Source of the DNA: Mustelus asterias
Taxonomy: Eukaryota
Direction: 5' to 3'
DNA: 64,000 nucleotides
NCBI RefSeq assembly: GCF_964213995.1
Contig: NC_135808.1
Span: 20,398,001-20,462,000 of the forward strand
Positions 38,529 through 51,813 of the stretch are shown here, piece by piece. A model generated the notes under the pieces. It worked only from the letters and a program-made list of their open reading frames with translations, ran no database searches and had not been told where the DNA came from. The position numbers and the translations under genes are program-made. Each line of letters begins with the position of its first letter. The stretch's first letter is position 1.

Positions 38529-40066
38529 TTGTTTTCATATCCGTTCCCCGCTCCTCCACTTCAGCATGGTGTCTGGAACCCCACTTGACAGTCCGATTCA
38601 TCTGAAAAGAAAAAGTTTTTCGGACTATGTCCTGTAAGAATTGAGTTGTGTCCGCAAATTGAACTTGTTCTGAGCTCCATAGTGCGATCTTCAATAATCA
38701 TTTTGGTCATTGTAAAGGAAACCGGAAATGCAATTCTTCGGCTTTAGAAGAGCCATATATATTCACCAGATTTTTGCAAAGTCAACTTCAGTTTTGTTGA
38801 ATTGATTACTACTAAACGCGTGTCTAATGCATTTGCAGGATTTCATAAGAATTCTTGACTTGTTGCAATTGGACGGATTGACATGGATTTGAATGCAAAG
38901 TGCAGCATGGTTTGTGCTGAGGTGTACTGGGCATTCCCAGCGATTTTCTGCCCAAACTATGACGAGAAATGCGCTTGTTTAAGTATCTGCCGTGTATGCA
39001 ATGCGCCGCTCAACTAAACCGCCAGGTGAATGGCCCTGTTTCCCAAAATGAAATGACGATGATCCTACAATAAGGAGCTGTATATCATTGAAATACAGCG
39101 TTACACTTAAATATCTAAATAGACAAATGAAATCCATCGTAAACTGCAAAATGATGTCGAATGATGCTTGAGTTTTACACTGTTGCAATGTTGTTTTGGA
39201 CATTTTAGACTATAGATAACGTTTTCTCTTAAATAGTAATTTACAGAAATATAAAATTAAATGTCCCAAGCGAATGTTTGACATGTAGCCCAGCGTTAAT
39301 GTTATGCATAATGCTCAATTTAGGTAATCTTTAATTTATTTCTGTGGGAGACGTTACTAATACACAACTGTATGTATGATGGCATATTTAAGGTACAGTG
39401 CCTCACTTAATCGTGTGACAATGGTTTGAGGTGAACGGGCGGGAAAGTGGAATTGTGGTCGAGCCAAGATCAGCCATGACCATTTTTTAAAATTCAGTTT
39501 CAGGGATGTGGACGTCATGGGCTGGGTCCAGCATCCGTTTGCCCCTCTCTAATTGCCCTCCATTTCAGAGGACATTTGAGAGTCAACGACATTGCTGTGG
39601 GTCTGGATTCACATGTAGGCCAGGCCGGGTAAGGATGGCAGATTTCCTTCTCTAAGGGGCATTAGTGAACCAGATGGGTTTTTCCGACAATCGACAATGA
39701 TTTCATGGCCATCTTTTAGACTTTCAATTCCCGATTTTTACTGAATTCAAATTTCACCATCTGCGGTGATGGGATTCGAACTCGGGACCCCAGAGCATTA
39801 TCCTGGGTCTCTGGATTCTAGTCCAGTGACAATGCCACGACACTACCACCTCCCCTGAATTGAATAGCGGAGCAGGCTCGAGGGGTTGAATTGACTCCTC
39901 CTGCCCCTATGTTTTATGTTATGCATTGTTAGTTCTGAATGTGAATTCAAATCTTTTGACGACAGGGGGAAGATAAATATGGCAAAGCAGTGATGTGTGG
40001 AAGATGAAACCTTGCAAAGAGTTACTGGAGTGAGAAGACAGCGATGTTAAATTGTTTTCTCTCCAG

Positions 40067-40115
40067 GTCAAATACTTCTCAGCAATACGGAAATATCGAG
40101 GCTGGGGACTGCTAG
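40067..40115 (+). CDS. NCR3: Gene A cytoplasmic terminal exon (RSNTSQQYGNIEAGDC*)
   Basis: Acceptor ttgttttctctccag, phase-2 compatible with the TM exon, stop at 40113-15, AATAAA at 40441. Confidence 0.7.
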
Positions 40116-40440
40116 AACTTGCAGCTCAAATATTGCCAAACACTCAGGCACACTTACGTTGGAGAGTTTCGACAGAAAAGACCTTTGACTATGTTTCTAT
40201 TTCAAAGCAGCTGTCTCAAACAGGTCAAACGTGATCCATCTACTCTGCAGTTCAACGACTTATGCTATTCTTAGATTGCAAATGTGTTATCTAAATATTA
40301 CTTCTTCAGCCTCTGAACTTTGTACTTTCCTTTCATGGCACCTCAGACTATGCTTGTATTTCGAAACAAACAATTGAGATGGCACACTAAGTTCCGTTGG
40401 GTGGCTAAATTCGCTTCACTGTAGAATCATGCAAATTACA

Positions 40441-40446
40441 AATAAA
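40441..40446 (+). terminator. Candidate polyadenylation signal of gene A
   Basis: AATAAA about 325 nt after the predicted stop codon. Confidence 0.5.
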
Positions 40447-41199
40447 AACACTGCAAACAGGGACCCACATTTCAGTCCCTGTGTGAATTTTGCTGTGTGC
40501 TTGAGGCGCTCGCAACGCGAATTTATTGACCTCATAACGAAAGCTCCCCCAGGCATCAACGATCATAATATGATTCTCTTTCACATCCAGTTCGAAGGAG
40601 AGAATAGTGGATCTCGCTGAATGATGTATTTCGCAACAGCACCTTATTTTGATATCATGGATAATAAGTCACCTTCAGTGGAGTTGTAACTGAGGGATCA
40701 GCTTTCAGCGTAGTTTGAAATGATGAGGCAGTCAGATTTCTGCAACAGTTCATGGTCATTATGGCGTTATTGTCATCATTTAGCTGTCCATTGTTCCATC
40801 GAGAAATACTTTAAATGCTAATTAATTTGGCTTAGATGATCTATCTTCACACATTTGTCCCTTGCCTCCAAATTATTTAATATATTGTTCATGGCTAAAT
40901 TTCCTCTGCGATTTTTTTCCAAATAAACATTTTTCTCTTTATTCTTTAATAGGATGTGGGCATCACTGGCAAGCGCCAGCATTTGTTGCCCATCCCTAAT
41001 TGCCCTTGAACCGAGTGGCTTGCTCGGCACTTCAGAGGACAGATAGGTGCCAACAACATTGCTATGGGTCTGAAGTCACATGTAAGTCAGGCCAGGTAAG
41101 GCAGCATTAGTGAAATACTCATGACCGGAACAGTTATTCTGTTGATCGTCCAGGAGACTTTGACATTCCCATCCCAAGAGGACGCTATTCACTCCTTGC

Positions 41200-41866
41200 C
41201 CTCTTTTTAGGTCAAACCAAATAAACAAACTCAGATTAAATCAGAACAAAGTAAAAGGGGCAGCTCGCCAAAAAGGAGGGGGAACAGCCCGAACAGAAAT
41301 CAAAGCACAAAGGAAACTTAAAAACATCAAATTAAAATGTGATTATTAGGGTCAATAATGCACCCCAATCCCTGCGGTGCCCAGCGGGCGCGGAAGGCGT
41401 CAACCGCGCCCGTGGACACCGCATGCTCCCTCTCCAGGGACACCTGGCCGCGAACGTAGCCGCGGTAGAGGGGAAGACAGTCAGGATGGACGGCCCCCTC
41501 AATCGCCCGCTGCCTGGACCGGTAAATGACGCGTTTCGCCAGGCCCAGGAGGAGGTTCACGAGGAGGTCACCATCCCGACCCTCCCCTCTCCGCACCGGG
41601 TGTCCGTAGATCAGGAGCGTGGGACTGAAGTGCAGACAAAACATCAATAAAAGGTTCTTCAGGAAAACATAAAGGGAGTGCAGCCGAAGACACACAACAT
41701 AGACATGGTCCACGGACTCCACAAGGCCACAGAAAGGGCAGTCTTCGGAGCCCGTGAACCAGTGAATCCTACGGTTGTGCGGAACTGCTGCATGCATCAC
41801 CCTCCACCCCAGGTCCCCGACGTAATTGGGGGAGATCCCTCCATAGAGGGACCTCCAGCGGTGACC
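41200..41866 (-). mobile_element. 5'-truncated Tx1/L1-clade LINE (zf-RVT C-terminus and 3' UTR)
   Basis: DLGWRVMHAAVPHNRR...CPFCGLVESVDHVYVVC...LLGLAKRVIYRSR. 15-bp TSD CTATTCACTCYTTGC (41185-99 and 41867-81). Confidence 0.85.
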
Positions 41867-43799
41867 CTATTCACTCTTTGCACAGAGCATCAATTACACT
41901 CGGATTCCACAAAAGAAAAGGTATTGAATGGAGTTCAGGGGCCCAGTGAATCTGTCAATAGAGTTGCACTACAAATACTGGTGTTAGGCGAATTTAGTAC
42001 ACTGAGCTTTCAGTCATTTTGAGTCGTGTTGTCAATACCTGTTCCTTTCTGTCTGGAGGTCAAACAGTCCAGATACAGCTATAGGTTTTTGCCTCTACAT
42101 TCCTTCCAGTGAACGGACATAATGAGGACTGATCTCCAGCTCTTTCTGGATGTGCTGGCTTCAGATACTTGCTTCCAAACTCCCCATTGCAGGAAATAGT
42201 AGCCCATGCACAAACAGTGACAACAAAACTTATGAAAATGGAATGAATCAAAATGGCTAAGGTCAGCTTGATGGTGGGTCCATCGAATGATTTCTGGGCA
42301 GCTTCTTAGAGTAGAACGCTCCAGAGCCAAGCACATAGCAGGCTAAACTAGATCTGGTAATGTGAAACCATACAATCCCTACAGTGCAGAAGGAGGCCAT
42401 TCGGCCCATTGAGTCCGCATGACCACAATCCCACCCAGGCCCTATTCCCCTAACCCCACATATTAACCCTGCGAATACCCTGACACTAGGGTCAATTTCG
42501 CATGGCCAATCAACCTAACCCACACATCTTTGGACTGTGGGAGGAAACTGGAGCACTCGGGGGAACCCACGCAGATAAGGGAAGCATGTGCGGACTCCAC
42601 ACAGACAGTGACTCGAGTCCGGAATTGAACCCGTGTCCTTGGCACTGTGATGCAACAGTGCTAACCACTGTGCCACCGCGCTGCCCAATGGGACAAAATT
42701 CATTGATGACCTCATAGCGTAGACTCCCCTAGGCAGCAGCCACCATAATGTGATTCAATATTGCATTCTATTTGAGGGAGAGAAAAGTGGATCTAAGGCT
42801 AGTATTTTAAAATTAAATACGACAGTTATGAGGGCATGCAGAAAAAATTTGCTAAGTGAAATGACAAAGGTCAGTAGAGATGCGGTGGCCCACGTTGATG
42901 GAAATGTTTCATGATACTCAGGAACTATGCATCCCAGTGCAAAAGAAAGCCTCGAAATCAAGAGTGCACCATCCATGCTTAACCAGTGAAGTTAAAGACA
43001 GAATCATCTTGACAGAAAAAAAGGTTAAATTCCGCAAAGGTGTGTGGCAGGTCAGAAGATTGACAGTATTTCAACAAAAGCAAATACTGATTTTAAAAAA
43101 ACTTGTAAAAGTGGGAAAATTAGAATGCTAAAGAGAGCTAGCGAGAAATGAACCAAAGAAAATCGTAAGAGTTTTGTAGGTGTTTAAACAGAAGAGTAAG
43201 TAATGTGGGTGTTGGTCGGCCAGAGAGCGTGTATGAGGATAAGCAACAGAAATAAGCGAACTTCAAAGGGATCTGCTCACACCTGCAGCTTTTGATAGGG
43301 ATAAAGGAAAATCTTTGTTGGAGATTGGAGTGTTGCAATCGTTCGAAAGCCTGCCAGTGTGTGTGTGTGGGGGGGGGGGGGGGGGGGGGGGGAGGGGGGT
43401 GATATTAATGTGACCCGGCGCTTCTGAATTTTCACAGTTGACAGGTAGGAATGCCACTCTTGATCACAGGATGCCTGAAATCATGATGCCACGGTGATCT
43501 CAAAGTCCACTTGGGCTAGAAGGGACAGTCCAGCCACGACAATCCAATCTCTGCAGAATGTACTGAGGTCAATGCCTTGCCCCAGCCTGAGCCCACCAAA
43601 CATCCAAGACCCCTGAGCGGCCTGTCCTCTTCAGCCTGGCATTAGCAATGGGGCAAATGACCACTGGAAATATCTCCTTGGACCCTCTCAGGGACAGACT
43701 AGCCAGGCCAGGTTTTCATGCCAGGGAGCAGTGTACTGTGGGCGCTGCCAAGGTGCGTGGCCTCAAAGGGGGCTGAGTATGAAATGTGATTGGTAAGGG

Positions 43800-43975
43800 T
43801 CCTGATTGAGAGGGTTTGAGGGAGGAGGGAGGGGGGCTGAGTGGGGCTCCTAAGAGCAGATGGAGATGATTGAGGGTCTGAGATGGGAAGGGGCTGCGTG
43901 TGGATCTGAGGGGGAAGGGGGCTGAGTAGGGGGCCTGAGGGGGAGGGGACGGAGGAGTGGGTCTGAGGGGAAGGA
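43800..43975. repeat. G-rich degenerate minisatellite (ctgaggggga...)
   Basis: Repeated ctgag/gggggagggg units. Confidence 0.6.
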
Positions 43976-46900
43976 ATTAAGTGGGGGAGAAGTCGGGTCG
44001 AGTCACCCTTATGCCTGCCTGGTCTGGGAGGTGGTTACCCGTCATTTGTTGGATGGGGCAGAGTAAATGCCGCTTTCATGAGAGGTTGGTGGTTCTCCCA
44101 TTGATCTGTGTGGGTGCACAATGGGCACCATTTCATTCTTGGAGGGAGGGGCCCCTTCTCTGTGTGCAGAGCTTGTGGCGCCCTTTAAAAAGATGCCCTG
44201 GTCTCGAATCAGTTGGGCTGCCGGAGGGTTGCTCGCAATGAGCTTAGAAGCATCATTCAGGTGTCTAAATCCCACATGAAAGATGCTGCCAACATCAAAG
44301 GGAAACACTCCTATTTTCACTCAGGTACGGGCACTTAGCCTTAAAACGGGAAAATGGGGCCCTGAAACACCTACAAAACCATCCTAACTTCCACCTCGCT
44401 TTAGCTGCAAAGCAAACTGCTTTCTGCGAAAGATGTTTTTCTCTGCTATAGACCCAGGGCTGCACATAAACCACATCATCACATGACCTCGTCAATCCCT
44501 CTGATCTGAAATCCCAGGAGAACGTATGCAAACAGAAGTCCGTTAACTCTGCTTAATATAACCACTTGCAAGGCTAAAATAAGCAATTATCCTGCTCTCC
44601 CAGATTTTGAGCTGCATTCCCGAGAACTAGGGAATATAATTAAAAAGTAAGGGTTTCCCATTGAATACTGAGATGAGGAGATTATCTTTTCTCTAAACGG
44701 CTCGTGAGTTTTTGGAGAGTGATGGAGGCAGGGCAATTGTTTTGGTTTTAATGCAGAGATAGAAAACATGTTTGTCGACACGGGAGTCAAAAGTTACCGA
44801 GGGTCGTCGGGATTGTAATGCTGAGGCTGCAATCAGTTCAGCCATGAGTTTATAGAGTGGCGGAGCTGGTCCTGGGGCTGAATGGCCATTTGGAAAAATG
44901 ATCATAACGCAACTGAGTTCCCTTTTAAGTTTTGAAGCGACATGCTCCAGCCTTGCATACGAACCTTACGTTTAGACAAAGTCAGTTACGTTGGTAGGAG
45001 GGAAGAGCTGAAGACTGAATGGGAAATAGACTAAAATATATAGCTACAGATAAACAATGCAGTAGAAATTTCAAACTCTGATTAAAATACATTCCATATT
45101 TTAAAAATCATCAAAATTGTTCCGTGGCTCACTGAGGAAGTTAAGTTATGCCATTAGATTAAAACAGCAAGTGTGACATAGATAGCAGTTAGATTGAAGA
45201 TTGCAATCAGCAAAGGGACACCAACAGTAGATAAATGAGATAACATGGAAAATGAGGCCAAACGAGCCAGAAAATGAAATCAGGATTTTTTTTTACAATT
45301 GCATGAAAAGAACACTCTTAAAACAAATTTTGGTTCCTTAGCGGTAGAGACGGATCATGGGGAACGAAGAAATGGAAGAGACGTTGAATAAATATTTTGT
45401 GTCGGTCTTCACAGCAGGAGATTTAAAAAAATCTACTTCCCAGGAATAGAGAGCCGTGAAGGGGCTAATACGTTTGACGAACGTAATGTGATTAATAGCA
45501 GGAGGATACAAGTATTGGTGACAGTGGATGACTAATATCAAACAAATCCTCTGGAGTCTCTATCCCAGATTTCTACAGAGGTAGCCGCAGAATTAGTGAA
45601 AACACTCCCAATGATTTTCCAAAAGATCCGAGGTTGTGAAACTTCCCAGAGTGCTGGAAATTATCAAACGAAATTCGGTTATTCAGGAAAGGAAGGAGAT
45701 AGTCTTTTGGTCGAACAGAACGTGAGTATTAGTAATAAAAAGACGCATGTCGAAGCTTTTCATCTTGCACAGATCAAGACACTTCACAAGAACGCCAACG
45801 TAAGAGGGAAGCAACTATTTATACAGTATGTCCATTTGTCAGCCAATCAACCTTCTCTTCTCACACAGTATATATTCAAAGTGGACGAACAACACATTTA
45901 TAAACATACGTTTCTTACCATGCAAAATTTGCACACACACACAAAAAAGAATGGATAGTACAACCTTTGGAGGGTTGTTCAGTGCCGGGAGAGTAAGTGC
46001 GACTACAATTGATGTTCGAAGCCCTGGATTAGGAAGGAGTAATATGCTAAACGTGATACTCTTGTGATAGCGACCTGACGTTGCTGCTGAACCGTGCATG
46101 AATGCAAAAGTCGCTGAAGCGTCCGGTTCGGATAATTTTGCATTTATTCGTGGACAATGGAACATGGGAGATTGCAATTATTTCAATGGTATATCAACTT
46201 CAAGATTACATTGCGTATGGCCAATTAAATGCATTAGATCGGGTTTTAATACGATGTTGTCAATTGATTTCAAAACCTATGCACAAAATATTAGCGCAAT
46301 AACACATAGCCTGAAGTTCCCATTGCCACCACTTGGCGGCTTTTCACATTTAACATGCAAGTGATTAGTTGCATTGCGTCGAGGACAACGCAACTTGCAG
46401 TCCAAGCGTGTGTTAACCGATTTGTTCCAACTCGGGTCAGCTCCTCTCTCCATCATTAGATAACAACGTTGTGCTACATCTGCCATTCTTATGACATGAG
46501 TCAAATGCTCATAAATGCTCTAAATGTCAAATGCGTTATTCAAGTGATAGATCAAATGATTCTTCCATTATGTGCGGGTACTTTTAAATCCATGTTAAAG
46601 TTGTGAATGACCACTCTCAACTGCGGTATTACCACTGGATATCAAAGCTGCATCAGGAAAATAAATAATTCCATGAATATAATAAATGCATTGTCCTTAA
46701 GAGCTATTACACAGATACTAAACTATTAATTAATTACTCGGGCATGCATGATCGATCCTGTTTTATAGAATATTCCCAATATAATCTTAGACCTCAATCG
46801 TTATTTGAAGAAATCTCTTTGATTTTCACATGATTTTTTGAGAATGATTCCAGAATTTAATTATTAAGTGAAATTTCACAAGTTGAAAGTTAAGAGTTGC

Positions 46901-47149
46901 AGATTGTCGCTGCATTCGTATTTACACATGTCACATGCATCAAACCGTATACTTCCCAATCGCATATGTTCATTCGGGTACCCACTGCCTCCAAGGAAAG
47001 CAACACTAATGGGATTCTAACGGATTCATTTTTAATACAGCTAACTATGATTGTATAAAGCGTGATAAATTTAGTCATCTTCAAAAGATTTTCTCAAAAT
47101 ATGCAAATTTAATCAGGTGCCCTTAACTTCTGTGTTTGTTCCTGCACCT

Positions 47150-47995
47150 AAACATCAACTGATTCCTCACTGGGACAAATATGCCCCGCTGGGTCTGGAA
47201 TGGGGCAAAGGGTCAAACACTGTCCTTTCCCACTCTGGTACTGATTGGGACAGTGAGCCACACACTGTTCCTTTCCTTTCCGTGACGGGTGGGGCAGTGG
47301 GTCAAACGTTGTCCTTCCCCACTCTGGGAGTCGGTGGGACGATGGCTCAGACACTCTTCGTTCACTCTCTCGGACTGGTGTGACAATGGGTCAGACATGT
47401 CCCTTTCCCCCTATTGGATTGGGTGGGCAATTGGTCAGACACTACCTTTCCCCGTCCCGGACTGGATGGGACATTGGGTCAAAGATTGTCCTTTCCCCCT
47501 CTGGGACTGGGTGGGTAGTAGGCCAGAAATTGTAATTTCCCCTCTGGGACTGTGTGGCACAGTGGGTCAGACGCTGTCCGCCACCACCCCGCCCCCCCCC
47601 CCCCCCCCCCACCCCCGCCCCGCCACCTCCCCACTGGATCGGACGGGGCAGTGGTTCAGGCACTGTCATTTCCCAATCTGGGAGTGGAGAGACAGCGGGT
47701 CAAATATTGTCCTTTCATCCTCTGGAACTGGATGGCAGTGTGGGTGAAACATTGTCCTATCCCTTCTGGGACTTGGCAGAGCAATGGGTAAGCCAGTGTC
47801 CGTTTCCCCGCTGAAAGTTGGGCAGTAGGTTAGATACTCCTCTTTCCCCCTCTGAGACTGTCAGACACTATTCGGAATCTGTCGTTTCACTCTATTGGTC
47901 AGGGTGGTGAAGTGTGTGTCACGTCGTTATTTTTCCCATCCCAGTCTGAGTATTGTATTAGTTCAGACCTTTTTCCTTTCCTCTCCCGAACTGGG
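47150..47995. repeat. Degenerate minisatellite with a unit of about 44 bp
   Basis: Roughly 18-20 diverged copies of gggtcagacactgtcctttccccctctgggactgggtgggcagt. Confidence 0.85.
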
Positions 47996-48414
47996 GACCG
48001 ACAATATTATTGACAGAGACCACAAACTCTGATGTTTTTATCGCATGCCTGACAAGAACTCTGCGATTTCAAAGATGTGCTTTTCGGCACAGTGCAACCA
48101 GATGCGGCCAAACAGCAATGATCTTAAAACATCCACGTTCCAAAATGACTGTTGCAATACAACTCTGCGTTCCTTCGCCAGTGGCACAGGCTACATTTTC
48201 GTCACTAAATTATCATCTACATTCCAACAGAAACACAAAGTTCGCACTGTTGTTCATATCAGAGGTTTTAGGCCTTGTAATTAGGTTTGGGGATGATTAT
48301 CATTGGGCTGCTGGATCGACTGTAATAAAGTCAGGTGCTCTATTGGTCAACCAAATTGACATAGTGTCACATGCTTCGATTGGTTAACCAAACAGATCGA
48401 GAGTCAATTGTATA

Positions 48415-48995
48415 ATTGTGCTGCAATTGTATAAGGCGTTGGCAAGACCACACCTGGAGTATTGTGTCCAGTTTTGGTCTCCTTATTTGAGCAAGGGTGT
48501 GGTGGCACTGAAGACCGTTCAGAGGAGGTTCACCAGATTGATTCCAGGGAGGAAATGGTTGTGGTACAAGGGGCAGTTAAATAACTTGGGCTGTACTCGC
48601 TAGAGTTCAGAAGAGGGGGGATCTGATTGAGGTATATAAAATGCTAAAGTGGCTTGTTAAGGTGGACATTGAACTGATGTCCCCCCTATGGCACCGTCTA
48701 CAACAAGAGGTCATAGATATGAGTGAGAGAAAGTAGGTTCAAAACTGAGATGAGGAGAAACTACTTCTCTCAGACAGTTGTGAATCAGTGGAACTCACTG
48801 CCCCAGAGTGCAGTGCAGGCAGAATCAATCAACAGGTTCAAGAAAGAGACAGATATGTTTCTGATGAAAAACGTAATTAAGGGCTATGGGGAGCAGGCAG
48901 GAAAGTGGAGTTGACACCAGGATAATATCAGCTATAGTCATGTTAAATGAGAGACTGAGAGGGTTGAGTTATCTACTCCCATTTTAATTCCTATG
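48415..48995 (+). mobile_element. CR1 3' fragment
   Basis: LYKALARPHLEYCVQFWSPYL...FSQTVVNQWNSLP. Confidence 0.88.
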
Positions 48996-50100
48996 GCCCT
49001 ATGTTCACGTGGTTGCACATATATTGGAACCTTTACAAAGATAGTGATTAGCTATAACATTTAGCTATAACATTGCCTATCCTAACATTGGCAGGTGGGC
49101 ATCACTTGTTTGTCTGTATCGGAAATTGTCTTTGTGTGTGAGTGTCTGTGTATGTGTGTGTGCTGCCGGGGTGAATGTGTCGGGAGTTGGGTACTATTGC
49201 GAGTGGATGGCAGGGATATGGCTTGGCCTCCAACACTCAACTTCTCGAAATATCACCAGTGGTCAGAAATGTTTGACCGTGTAACAATGATTCCCCAATG
49301 AATATCGGCTCCCATTAGTGCACTGAAACCTCTGTGTCAGGATGCCCTTTGAAGAATTGCGAAAGCGCTGTCTTAATTTGCGGCTGGAGCAAATGTTTGA
49401 CTGGGGCTGTTCTCTATATCTATTCGGTCGCCTTCAGCAAGTTCCTTCCCTGAATATTTTCCTGCGTTCTCCTGTTTAAAATTCAATCAAATATATATAT
49501 ATATATTAGAATTTGATCACATGTTATCAGTATATTTCACTCAGTGAATTCAGAATGGCAAACACTCAGTTTCCAAATTTGTGATTTTTCCCCCCCACAA
49601 TTCGCTATGACGGCTGCTTTTCCCATCATTGGATGTACCGTGACTCAGTGAATAGCACTTTTGCCTCTCAGTCACGGGGTAGTCCTTTCAGTCTCCATCC
49701 CAGAGATTTGAGCCTAAAGTGTAGGCTTTGCAAAACTCTTGTCTGACTCCATTTGCAGGATTTCCTTCTATTCTGGGCAACACGCCCAGCAAGGACATAC
49801 TCACCTCGCTTTGGTACAACACAGCTGCACCAGATATGATACTGGGAGAAATGGCTTAAATTATGAGGACAACGTGTATAATCCAGGCATTCATCCTTTT
49901 ACATAGTGAAAACTAATGGGTCATTTAATTTGAGATATTTAAGATTGTGTAACTATTTGATATAGTAGAACGAGTGAATCTAGGGTCTTTGATGAGAGAT
50001 TTCAGAATGGAAGGTATGGGCTGTAATCTTAAAATTAGAGCGAGAAGGATTGGTGTTGTGCCATAAAGGACAGGGGCGCGTGAAAATTTCTGAACGAAGA

Positions 50101-50288
50101 GACACGTCAAAGCTTTTAGTCTTGTACTCATCAGCTAAACATCGCAAGAATAACAGTATAAAGAGAAAACAACAATTTATCAACAAGCTTCCCGCTGCAC
50201 AGGTATCCTTGCCAACTGTCCTCATGCGTGCAATATAAATTCTTGCCAAGTGTCCTGATGAGTTCAACACAAAAGCTTCGACATGCCT
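50101..50288. repeat. Short inverted-repeat element with decayed HHR-like cores at both ends
   Basis: CTGATGAG...AAAAGCTT(C/T)GAC on + (50251-50283) and on - (50106-50135). Confidence 0.55.
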
Positions 50289-50672
50289 CTATTTTCAAGT
50301 TATGTACTTACCACATGGCTGGGAAAATCTCAAATATTCTCTTCTAAAACAAAACAGTTGAAGTTGATTCTGGGGCTCCCAAATTCACGTTTCAAAACCG
50401 AAATTGATTGGAAAAAAAAGATAAATGTTTAAAGGTTAAAGGGCCAAGAAATTTACATTGTGTTAAGAAACTGATAAACTGTGATCTCCAGAATGGATTG
50501 AATAGCCAAATCCTGTTGCCTTTCCTATGAATACTGTCATGCAAGCTGCAGGCACAAAATCGTTCACCTGCACTCATTGGATGCCAAGAGAAGTAGATTC
50601 AGTAAATGCCAACTGCCCCTCTCCCTCCACCCACACCACACCAAATGTATATTTCAGCTCCAGGCTTAACGT

Positions 50673-51531
50673 GGATGTGGAGATGCCGGTGTTGGACTGG
50701 AGTAAGCTCAGTAAGAAGTCTCACAACACCAGGTAAAATTCCAACAGCTTTATTTGGAATCACGAGCTTTTGGAGCTTTGCAGCTTCATCAGGTGAGTGG
50801 AGAGGTATGTTTCCCCAACACAGCATATATAGACAAATACACAATTGCAAGATAATGATTGGAATGCGAGTCTTTTCAGGTACCGAAGTCTTTACAGGTA
50901 CAGACAGTACGAGTGGAGAAACGGATAATCACAGGTTAAAGACATGCAAAGATGGGGCGGCACGGTGGCACAGTGGTTAGAACTGCTGCCTCACAGCGCC
51001 AGGGACCTGGGTTCGATTCCCGACTTGGGCCACTGCACATTCCCCCCATGTCTGCGTGGGTTTCCTCTGGGTGCTCCGGTTTCCTCCCACACTCCAAAGA
51101 TGTGTGGGTTAGGTTGATCGGCCATGTTAAATTGCCCCTTAGTGTCAGAGGGACTAGCTAGGGTAAATGAATGGGGTCATGGAGATAGGGCCTGGGCGGG
51201 ATTGTGGTTGGTGCAGACTCGATGGGCCGAATGGCCTCCTTCTGCACTGTAGGATTCCATGATTTTATGAATTGTCTCAAGCCAGGACAGTTAGTAGGAT
51301 TTTGCAAGGCCACGCCAAATGTTGGGGGTTACATGTAGTGCGACATGAACCTAAGATCCCGGTTGAGGCCATCCTCATGTGTGCGGAACTTGACTATCAG
51401 GAAACTGTCTATATATACCGTGTTTGTGAAACCTACCTCTCCACACATCTGAGGAAGGAGCTGCGCTCCGAAAGTTCGTAATTCCAAATTAACCTGTTGA
51501 TCTTTAATCTGGTATTGTGAGACTTCTTACT
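50673..51531 (-). mobile_element. PLE with inverted terminal segment, interrupted by an HE1 SINE
   Basis: The minus strand encodes LIVKFRTHEDGLNRDLRFMSHY (about 51335-51399) and has a decayed HHR at 50760-50796. An inverted plus-strand copy of the tail with an HHR lies at 51405-51531. Confidence 0.85.
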
Positions 51532-51672
51532 AAGCTTAATGAAGCAATTCTTACCTTAAATTACCATTTTGCAGCAGATTCAAGGGAAAGTTGAATCAAG
51601 TTCCAAGTGCAACAAAGCAAACTCAATTAACTTAAATAGCAGGGATTAACTACACATGAATTTAAGGAATTA

Positions 51673-51715
51673 TCACCCACCAGTGAAATTAATTTCTTCG
51701 TAGATGTCCTCAACC
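51673..51715 (-). CDS. NCR3: Gene B last coding exon (VEDIYEEINFTGG*)
   Basis: Acceptor ttccatcttctttttgaaag, phase-2 compatible, yields an EDIYEEI tyrosine motif and a TGA stop. Confidence 0.68.
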
Positions 51716-51813
51716 CTTTCAAAAAGAAGATGGAAAGAATTAAATGACGCTTGCAGTTTCTTGAGCAATACTGTAGACTTCTCTTAAAATGGGTAGTGGT
51801 TCCATTGACTAAC

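Noticed and set aside
45800-46900. Unique-looking intergenic sequence with short ORFs
   Set aside because: No recognisable domain, splice-supported frame or RNA motif was found, so it was left unannotated.
47150-47995. CRISPR array
   Set aside because: Vertebrate context, and the units are contiguous and divergent with no unique spacers.
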